Positions 58,018 through 64,000 of a stretch of 64,000 bases of DNA are shown one piece after another. The stretch's first letter is position 1. Every line of letters begins with the position of its first letter. The position numbers and the translations under genes are program-made. This DNA is from a virus. Lineage: Duplodnaviria > Heunggongvirae > Uroviricota > Caudoviricetes. Where the stretch lies: positions 105,278-169,277 of IMG/VR virus record IMGVR_UViG_3300042905_002309. One strand, written 5' to 3'. The notes under the pieces were generated by a model, which was not told where the DNA came from, did not search any database, and saw only the letters and a list, made by a program, of their open reading frames with translations.

Positions 58018-58159
58018 TTTGCTGACTCCGTTTTCTCGTTGGCGTTATTGCCTCCGATTCATCAAGACTACCAGAAACTAAGCTTTGTACAAGATTTATT
58101 TCAACTATTTTCAAAAGACAGTGGGCTACTTTCACAACCCACTGCTTTGCAACAACTTA

Positions 58160-59053
58160 TCAATCTGCAAACATCCCTGCAAACTTCGTCGCAACATCAC
58201 TTGCAACTGTCACAGCGTTTTTACGCTTGATTTCATCATGTTTGAATTCGTATTCCTGAATGCTTCCAAGTTTTTCTTTCATTTCAGCAATTACAGCATC
58301 AACAGCAGGGTTGTTAGTGACGTTGTAGGTCGGGAGTTCCGCAATAAGGTCACTGATATGCTTCACAACGGTCTTCCATTGCGTCCCCTTGGTATCGGTG
58401 GCAGTACACTTTTTAATGAGGTCTACAGACCATTCTTGAACCTTTTCAGCCATTACTTTGACAGGTGCATTTTGAGCATCCTTTTTTGCCATTTCAATAG
58501 CCTTAACATGTTCATCCTCAATCATTTGTACCGTATCCGTTCCAAGGATTGCCAACGCTTCATCAATATTCATGCAATTGGTATTTTTTTGCAAGATTGT
58601 GGTGACTGAAAAAGTACGATCAACATCTTTGACATTAAGATCGTTTTCAGATTTGTAAAGCGTTCCCTGTTGTGCTTCTGCAATACGTGCCAATTCACCC
58701 GTTTGAACCGCATCACGAAGATGTGAAACTTGAAGGTTGAAGGTTGAAACCGCTTCTTTCAAATCGGCCTGAAACTTCACAAACTTCTTGATCGGAATGG
58801 CATACATACCTGCCAAACGAATGCCATGCTTTTTATAAACGTCATACACCTTAGTACCTGCTGACGAAATAGGCTTCGAAAAACTGTCAGGAAACTTTTT
58901 GACCAATGCCGTAACCGTTCCAGATTCAGCATCATGAGAATCAGAAACCTCATTCCCCAGTTCCTTATCCTGTTTCTTCATGGACAGACCAGAAATCTTG
59001 ACGTTACCAAAAACAACCTGCATCCCAATACCAACTTTGACTTCGTTATTCAT
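58160..59053 (-). CDS. Helical protein of the type found beside MoxR ATPases in phages/ICEs (DUF3150-like)
   Basis: SGLSMKKQDKELGNEVSDSHDA, KPISSAG...YAIP..F..F...L...VSTF, LPTYNVTNNP; directly upstream of MoxR. Confidence 0.6.
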   Translation of the reverse strand: MNNEVKVGIGMQVVFGNVKISGLSMKKQDKELGNEVSDSHDAESGTVTALVKKFPDSFSKPISSAGTKVYDVYKKHGIRLAGMYAIPIKKFVKFQADLKEAVSTFNLQVSHLRDAVQTGELARIAEAQQGTLYKSENDLNVKDVDRTFSVTTILQKNTNCMNIDEALAILGTDTVQMIEDEHVKAIEMAKKDAQNAPVKVMAEKVQEWSVDLIKKCTATDTKGTQWKTVVKHISDLIAELPTYNVTNNPAVDAVIAEMKEKLGSIQEYEFKHDEIKRKNAVTVASDVATKFAGMFAD

Positions 59054-59270
59054 GACTTTGCTTCTTTCAGTTACACAGAGACTTGATTGCCTCCGATGTC
59101 AATTACTTTGCACTATTCCCCATTTAAGATCAACATTTATCTTAAACTTTATTTCACTCAGTACTTTAAGTATTTCTTGCTTATCCGTATCAACATCTGC
59201 TATAGACTCAAATCCCTACTGCGTCATTTTGTCACACCTTTAAAAAACATTAAAATTTGTTTCAAAGCTG

Positions 59271-59299
59271 TTGACAGATTTTTAAATGTGTGTTATATC
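59271..59299 (+). promoter_or_regulatory. Sigma70 promoter with UP-like A-tract
   Basis: AAAAAACATTAAAATTT upstream; TTGACA-17nt-TGt-TATATC. Confidence 0.5.
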
Positions 59300-59361
59300 G
59301 CGCACACCCGCATCCTACTTAACATGTTACACCGCTTTCCACCCTTCCACCCTTCCACCAC

Positions 59362-59560
59362 CTATAACACATCTTTTTAAGTCGTCTACAAATACTTGGT
59401 TTTTTTATTCACCTGCAAAACCCTTCTCTATAACATAAACCTTTTAAAACACCTATCGAAAACTTTGAAAATTTTAATGTTTTCTTAAACCTTCTCCCTA
59501 TAACAAAAAAGCTTTAAAACACCTATCGAAAACTTTGAAAATACTTGGTTTTTTTATTGA
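59362..59560 (-). repeat. Second array of 66-70-bp imperfect repeats related to the 56.3-56.6 kb array
   Basis: CTATAACA at 59362, 59428, 59498; exact 30-mer TTTAAAACACCTATCGAAAACTTTGAAAAT at 59443 and 59513. Confidence 0.85.
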
Positions 59561-59713
59561 ATAAAATGTTTCTAAGATTTGAGAACTTTTCAATAAACTT
59601 TATGTTCAAAGCTTTTTTCAGTCGTCGTACATTGCCTTAATTTATTTTGCAAATTCCTCAACTTTTAGACAAATATTACTTTAAAACATTTTTTCAGTCG
59701 TCGTACATTGGCA

Positions 59714-59761
59714 CTTGTCAAGTTTTAAAAATCGTGGAAAGCATTTAAAAGACTTGACAAG
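59714..59761. repeat. Imperfect inverted repeat at the strand-switch point
   Basis: CTTGTCAAGTTTTAAA-14nt-TTTAAAAGACTTGACAAG; flanked by duplicated TTTTTTCAGTCGTCGTACATTG near 59612 and 59690. Confidence 0.7.
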
Positions 59762-60113
59762 ATGTTTCAAAAATTGTAAAGATGGGACTCCTGTAATAAT
59801 AGCTTTGGTACATTAAATATTATTCTGTACAATCTCTTAACTTTTTGGTATATTCATCATTTCTTTACATCTTTATAACACTGCGTCAGATTGTCACAGT
59901 AAGGTATGAATAGATATTTTAATTATAAGTCCTTATCTTTGAAACACTTAGGAAGATATATGAATAGATTATGAAGATATGAGTGAAGATGTAAGTGAGT
60001 AAGAGGGTGACAACTTGGCATAATAATGTGACAATTTGGCGCAAAAGTGTGGGTCTTTTCGCATAGTTGAGAAACACTATCAAAAAATAATGAATAATGG
60101 TCGAACAAACCTA

Positions 60114-60142
60114 TTGACATGTTGATAGGGATGTGGGAAGAT
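60114..60142 (+). promoter_or_regulatory. Early sigma70-type promoter
   Basis: TTGACA-17nt-GAAGAT with TG extension. Confidence 0.65.
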
Positions 60143-60173
60143 ATTAATCACTTAGGGAGAAAAGGGGAATAAG

Positions 60174-60410
60174 ATGTATACGGAAGCTTTTAGGACGGTG
60201 CAAGGAAATTACGAATTGTATATTAGTTTTTTGAATCGTAGATATTTTCCACCTATTGAAACGATATGTAAGAAAGGTGATAGGGTTTTGGTTGAAGGTA
60301 ATACTATAGAATTTGGCAACACAATTACGATGGATGGGGAGGATAGTTGTAAGGTTGGATTTTTGGGTGAGCGTAGAGATGTTAAAGAGGTTTGGAGAGT
60401 TAGAGCATGA
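60174..60410 (+). CDS. Early hypothetical protein (78 aa)
   Basis: Promoter and AGGGG SD upstream. Confidence 0.65.
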   Translation: MYTEAFRTVQGNYELYISFLNRRYFPPIETICKKGDRVLVEGNTIEFGNTITMDGEDSCKVGFLGERRDVKEVWRVRA

Positions 60411-60598
60411 AAGCTACATCTAAAACATTACAAGAGTTTGCTAAATTTAAGGTAAAATGTATAGGTAGGGTTGAAGATAGATGGTCTGATGGTAGATTTC
60501 ATCGTTATGAATGTGGTATAAGTCAAAGGGTAGGTTATGTCTGTAGGAAACCTAATTGTATATTATTCAATGCGTCAGAAATAGATTATCAAATTTAG
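60407..60598 (+). CDS. Early Cys-rich hypothetical protein (63 aa)
   Basis: ATGA-coupled. Confidence 0.6.
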   Translation: MKATSKTLQEFAKFKVKCIGRVEDRWSDGRFHRYECGISQRVGYVCRKPNCILFNASEIDYQI

Positions 60599-60632
60599 CA
60601 CAAAAGAAACTTTAAGTATTTGATACAGCCTA

Positions 60633-60661
60633 TTGACAAGTCATATGGGATGTGAGAGACT
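60633..60661 (+). promoter_or_regulatory. Early sigma70-type promoter
   Basis: TTGACA-17nt-GAGACT with TG extension. Confidence 0.75.
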
Positions 60662-60691
60662 TATTGAAGTTGAAACACAAAGGAGATATTT

Positions 60692-61147
60692 ATGTGGATT
60701 GAAAAGGGTAGTAATGTTCGGGTGATATGTTTATCAACATTTCCTAAGATTGAAGGAGAATTTCCATATCAGAGGGTTGAGCGTTTTTATTCATCTTTAG
60801 GTATTAGTTCCCATCATTTGCAGACGGTTGGAATGTGTGTTGAAGTGGTTGAAGGTGGGTACATGTTTATTGATTGGCAGAGTACTTTGAAGAGTCCTGT
60901 CTTTATACCTAAAGCACATCTTGTACCTGAATACAATCTTGATAAGAATGATGTACCGTTGACTAAGGGTGAGAAGGTATATATAGCGGTTAAGAATGAG
61001 ATAAAGGAGTTTACTTATATTGGTCAAAGTAAGTGGAAACATCATGGTTATGGGTGTGTTGCATTAGGGGCGCAGTTTATTGGTGAAGATGGCAAGAAGT
61101 TTTCACATTTTCATGCGAATGGGCGAGTTTGTGTAAAAGCGGATTAA
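60692..61147 (+). CDS. Early hypothetical protein (151 aa), possibly two SH3/KOW-like modules
   Basis: AAGGAG SD; KGSNVRV and KGEKVYI beta-barrel-like starts. Confidence 0.75.
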   Translation: MWIEKGSNVRVICLSTFPKIEGEFPYQRVERFYSSLGISSHHLQTVGMCVEVVEGGYMFIDWQSTLKSPVFIPKAHLVPEYNLDKNDVPLTKGEKVYIAVKNEIKEFTYIGQSKWKHHGYGCVALGAQFIGEDGKKFSHFHANGRVCVKAD

Positions 61148-61151
61148 AATT

Positions 61152-61427
61152 ATGAAAGAAAACATTAATGTAGTACTGGAAGATGCTTTTGACGGATTTT
61201 ATCGTAAGCAACGTCTTGGTAAAGCTTATCGATATACGGAATGGCGTCGCCAAATGCGGTCAGAGATTGTCAATGTAACTTCAAACAACATTGATACGAA
61301 TGGTTTCATTATTGTGCGTATTGTCGATCATTGGCCTAATGCCAGAACCTTTGATGTAATTGGTCATGATAGTAAGATGGTAGAGATTGTAGAGAATATT
61401 GTAAGTGAGTGGTTGAAGCAGGAATAA
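61152..61427 (+). CDS. Early hypothetical protein (91 aa)
   Basis: Coupled ORF. Confidence 0.65.
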   Translation: MKENINVVLEDAFDGFYRKQRLGKAYRYTEWRRQMRSEIVNVTSNNIDTNGFIIVRIVDHWPNARTFDVIGHDSKMVEIVENIVSEWLKQE

Positions 61428-61431
61428 AATT

Positions 61432-61560
61432 ATGATATTAGACCTAATTGAAAAGTTGTTATTAAGTATATTGTTACTTTTACTAACAATGGCTACGGTA
61501 TTATCAGCGGGGTTACTTGTTATTGCATGTAAACTTTCTTGGAGAATGATGTTTAACTAG
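61432..61560 (+). CDS. Small membrane protein (42 aa), not in ORF track
   Basis: MILDLIEKLLLSILLLLLTMATVLSAGLLVIACKLSWRMMFN; fills the gap exactly. Confidence 0.5.
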   Translation: MILDLIEKLLLSILLLLLTMATVLSAGLLVIACKLSWRMMFN

Positions 61561-61570
61561 GATTAAAATT

Positions 61571-61984
61571 ATGACAATTCGTGAGTACATTTTAGGGTTG
61601 AAGGTAGGGGAACGAGTTATAGAGACTAGCAACAGTTGTCTATATGGGCGTTGTGGAACTGTTTATCATTCTAAAGAGGGTTACACTTGTATCATGTGGG
61701 ATAGAGTGCAAGGTGATGAAAATACTGGACACATGGGAACGAGTGTAACAGGTGGTGTAAGGCGAGTGAGTGAGGTATTAAACAGGGTGGATGTATTGAA
61801 TGGAATGGATTTAAAGCATGGGATAAAGACCTTCACATTAATTGTAGCAGAATGTGGTGAGTGTGGTCGGTATGATTTGAATAGTGGTGGTGAGGTTTTA
61901 TTTAAGTGTCCTATTTGCAAGTGTGATATGGACAAGGTTGGAACGGCTGTAATTGTTAAGCCGAATGATAACGATGATTTTTAA
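61571..61984 (+). CDS. Early protein with KOW-like N-terminus and C-terminal zinc ribbon
   Basis: LKVGERVIE...GRCGTVY; CGEC...CPIC. Confidence 0.7.
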   Translation: MTIREYILGLKVGERVIETSNSCLYGRCGTVYHSKEGYTCIMWDRVQGDENTGHMGTSVTGGVRRVSEVLNRVDVLNGMDLKHGIKTFTLIVAECGECGRYDLNSGGEVLFKCPICKCDMDKVGTAVIVKPNDNDDF

Positions 61985-62000
61985 TAAAATGAGGTGAATT

Positions 62001-62303
62001 ATGAACTATTTTAAAGGTGAGACAATTGAACCTGAGATTAAGGTTACAAGGATTGGAAAGCGATGGCATTCCAGATTAATTTTATCTGGTAAAGTTATTG
62101 ATGAAATGGCTTGTAGTAATTCTTTGGATATTGGTTGGATATGTCGTGAGATGTTACGATGGCATTCAAAATTAGGATATATCAGTAATCGGGCAGAGTT
62201 TGCGAGGGATGCTAAGAGGGAGTCAAGGGTGCGTAAGGCAAATCCTGTAGGACAAGTATGGTACAGGAACAGATTACCGATTAAGAAAGGTATTAAGGTA
62301 TGA
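62001..62303 (+). CDS. Early hypothetical protein (100 aa)
   Basis: GAGGTG SD; IKVTRIGKRWHSRL...DEMAC...IGWICREMLRW. Confidence 0.7.
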   Translation: MNYFKGETIEPEIKVTRIGKRWHSRLILSGKVIDEMACSNSLDIGWICREMLRWHSKLGYISNRAEFARDAKRESRVRKANPVGQVWYRNRLPIKKGIKV

Positions 62304-62560
62304 TTAAATTTATTAAGAAGCTTGTGAATGTGTTAGGGACAATGATTGTCGGTGCTATTGGTATAATTACTATTATTTTAGGGTTAAAGTTATGTGTATA
62401 TCTTTATGAATATCTTGCAATAATTGCGGTTGCATTCTGTGTTGTGATGCTTTTTGGTGGTACGTATTTTGTTGGTTGGTTGGTCATAGGTACGTGTGGC
62501 GAGATACGGCACAACATTCAAAAACATAAGCTTATAAATAAGCGTCAAAAGAAAAGTTAA
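62300..62560 (+). CDS. Membrane protein with two TM helices (86 aa)
   Basis: Two long hydrophobic stretches, basic tail. Confidence 0.7.
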   Translation: MIKFIKKLVNVLGTMIVGAIGIITIILGLKLCVYLYEYLAIIAVAFCVVMLFGGTYFVGWLVIGTCGEIRHNIQKHKLINKRQKKS

Positions 62561-62577
62561 GTATTTCATCAGGCGTA

Positions 62578-62606
62578 TTGACAAGTTAATGGTGATATGA
62601 GAGACT
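62578..62606 (+). promoter_or_regulatory. Early sigma70-type promoter upstream of RNA-like elements
   Basis: TTGACA-17nt-GAGACT with TG extension; followed by non-coding sequence rather than an ORF. Confidence 0.75.
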
Positions 62607-62723
62607 ATTTGAAGTACGAGAGAAAGACACTGGTTGCGGAACGTGTGAAAACAAGATGGGTTCGAATCCCTACGGTGGAAAAGGGTAAACAGGACGCTGT
62701 TTTTATTGAAATCCTTTCGTATA

Positions 62724-62805
62724 GTTTAACTTGATGTAACGGTAGCATACGAGTCAACTCAAAAGGACTCAGAGGATTTGGTTCAATTCCAATTAGTTAA
62801 ACGCA
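62724..62805 (+). tRNA. Non-canonical tRNA-like element with 10-nt anticodon loop (CAA after U33 would be Leu)
   Basis: Acceptor GTTTAACT/AGTTAAAC; D arm ATGT-AACGGTA-GCAT; anticodon stem GAGTC/GACTC around AACTCAAAAG; T arm TTTGG-TTCAATT-CCAAT; no encoded CCA. Confidence 0.6.
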
Positions 62806-62838
62806 TGTTATTTAATCTTTAAAACTAGGAGAAACGTT

Positions 62839-63018
62839 ATGCAAATTTCTGATTATGTATGTGGTGTGAAGGTATCGGTTGGTGAACCTTCTAAGAATCA
62901 TCTACGGATTGAGGCAAAGCACGATAAAATAATTTCCACGATGGAAATGAGTTTTATGCAATGGCAAGAATTTAAAGCTAAAATTGACAGGATTGGACTC
63001 CTTCAAAGGGTTTATTAG
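62839..63018 (+). CDS. Small hypothetical protein (59 aa), not in ORF track
   Basis: AGGAG SD, ATG 62839 to TAG 63018. Confidence 0.65.
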   Translation: MQISDYVCGVKVSVGEPSKNHLRIEAKHDKIISTMEMSFMQWQEFKAKIDRIGLLQRVY

Positions 63019-63050
63019 TAAGATGTTTGAAATGTCGAAAGGGTTTTAAC

Positions 63051-63278
63051 ATGATAACGCTATTTGATCAGGTTTATATTAATGCGAAGCAGTTCAAGGG
63101 TCAGCGCAAAGGTCAGGCTTTGATGAATGCCTTGTTCGGGATTAACCAGAATCTTTACAATAAAATTAATCAGACAGAGGCAGATTGTTTTTACAATGAT
63201 GCCAACATTCCAAGGTTTGATACAGTTGTACAGGAAGTTAGTTCAAAAGAAATGTTGAGTATTTTGGGAGAAGGTTGA
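63051..63278 (+). CDS. Hypothetical protein
   Basis: QRKGQALMNALF...DCFYND..I pattern; likely start 63051. Confidence 0.65.
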   Translation: MITLFDQVYINAKQFKGQRKGQALMNALFGINQNLYNKINQTEADCFYNDANIPRFDTVVQEVSSKEMLSILGEG

Positions 63279-63303
63279 CAAGTCACAGGGTATAGTGCAT
63301 ACT
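63275..63303 (+). promoter_or_regulatory. Early sigma70-type promoter
   Basis: TTGACA-17nt-CATACT with TG nearby. Confidence 0.75.
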
Positions 63304-63336
63304 TATTGACAGTTGAACAACACAAAGGAGAACGGT

Positions 63337-63516
63337 ATGAATGAGAATGACGATGTTCTGATTGATCTTGCGAGAGAGTACATTGGGATTGATTACAACC
63401 AGTTCACGAAGGTACAGGATGCTATTGTAGCTGAATTGGTTACAGAGGGTTATTTGAAGAAGAGTAACACACGTTCAATTTTCATAGCGGGTAAGAAGTT
63501 TTTGGAAGGGGTTTGA
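63337..63516 (+). CDS. Small hypothetical protein
   Basis: AAGGAG SD before ATG 63337. Confidence 0.6.
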   Translation: MNENDDVLIDLAREYIGIDYNQFTKVQDAIVAELVTEGYLKKSNTRSIFIAGKKFLEGV

Positions 63517-63530
63517 TATTAACAATTTTA

Positions 63531-63720
63531 TTGAACCTTCTCCCATGCTAATAGTGCGCCTACACAATACCGTAGTATTGGTGAGGGAGAGGGTTCAAAC
63601 GTTTTAAGGATTTGACGAGGATAGACGACTGTGTAACATAGGTGCAACTCCCTTCGCCAGAGTATGGTATGTGATAGGTTGGAATAGGTTAGCTACCTGT
63701 ATGTGAAATCCCTTGTCAGG
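63531..63720 (+). ncRNA. Candidate structured non-coding RNA(s)
   Basis: 14-bp stem 63531-63544/63585-63598; 10-bp stem 63611-63620/63711-63720 enclosing hairpins and two T-loop-like motifs. Confidence 0.45.
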
Positions 63721-63762
63721 CTTGTGTGGTAGTAGGATTGAATTAAATTTAAAGGAGAAACT

Positions 63763-64000
63763 ATGAACGGATATTTAGGTGAAGTTGATGTACCGAAACA
63801 GGATACGCCATTTAAGAGGTATACTAAAGTAGATTGGGCAATGTATTATATTCTAATGTATGGTGGCATTGACGGAGATCATCACAAGACTTGGGTACTA
63901 GATCAGGTTGCAAGGGTGTTGAAGGGTACGCCAGTAGTCATTAAGAAAGCTACATGGGATAATGGTACTGTTAATTGGCGTGTGAATACTGGTGAACCAT
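63763..64000 (+). CDS. Conserved phage hypothetical protein, 3' truncated by window edge
   Basis: AAGGAG SD; YGGIDGDHHKTWVLDQVAR motif. Confidence 0.75.
   Translation, partial: MNGYLGEVDVPKQDTPFKRYTKVDWAMYYILMYGGIDGDHHKTWVLDQVARVLKGTPVVIKKATWDNGTVNWRVNTGEP

Noticed and set aside
59337-59361. TTCCACCC short tandem repeat
   Set aside because: Only about 2.5 copies of 8 bp; not enough to support a function
56283-59720. CRISPR array
   Set aside because: Units are long, degenerate and lack a constant repeat with unique equal-length spacers; no cas genes
59087-60120. ORFs 59087-59380 (+) and 59923-60120 (-)
   Set aside because: No SD, atypical composition, lie within the promoter/repeat zone and run against local gene polarity
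62724-62805. Selenocysteine or opal-suppressor tRNA (TCA in loop, 8-bp acceptor)
   Set aside because: TCA is preceded by C rather than U33, there is no long variable arm, and TGA is used as an ordinary stop
63591-63665. tmRNA or cobalamin riboswitch
   Set aside because: GGATTTGAC and GGTGCAACTCC resemble parts of each, but there is no acceptor stem with G-U, tag ORF or CCA, and no GGGAA or B12-box; kept only as a generic structured RNA candidate
1-64000. Stop-codon reassignment (TAG or TGA recoding)
   Set aside because: Core genes are full length under code 11, and both TGA and TAG end genes at tight junctions (e.g. TAG at 23385 and 27301)

Overview
This 64 kb window comes from a large, AT-rich, lytic T4-like (Tevenvirinae-type gene content) myophage using the standard genetic code. 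It contains no integrase or CRISPR array. Layout: (1) 1-17.4 kb is a replication/recombination block: MazG-like fragment, gp46, thymidylate kinase, two glycosyltransferases, PolB gp43, UvsX, gp41, gp59-like, gp32 and gp45. (2) 17.4-35.5 kb is a tail/baseplate block: gp5-like, hub, gp53, gp48/54-like, tape measure, gp26/gp51-like, gp19, gp18 and gp3. (3) 35.5-48.9 kb is a late block with terminase gp17, two muralytic enzymes and many proteins carrying T4 capsid-targeting-like N-termini (GNAT, nucleotidyltransferase, metallopeptidase-vWA). (4) 48.9-64 kb holds small accessory/early genes transcribed divergently from a repeat-rich non-coding zone at about 59.1-60.1 kb. This includes a HAD phosphatase, two R2K ATP-grasp proteins, a MoxR AAA+ ATPase and tRNA-like/structured RNA candidates. 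Five related HNH endonuclease genes (one frameshifted) are scattered through the window. Best leads: a family of probable capsid-packaged, injected enzymes; a -1 frameshift joining gp26-like to a start-less gp51-like ORF just before the tape measure gene; a MoxR/vWA-peptidase system split between late and early regions; and a tRNA-like element with a 10-nt anticodon loop. All product calls come from motif recognition and synteny by eye; no database searches were run.
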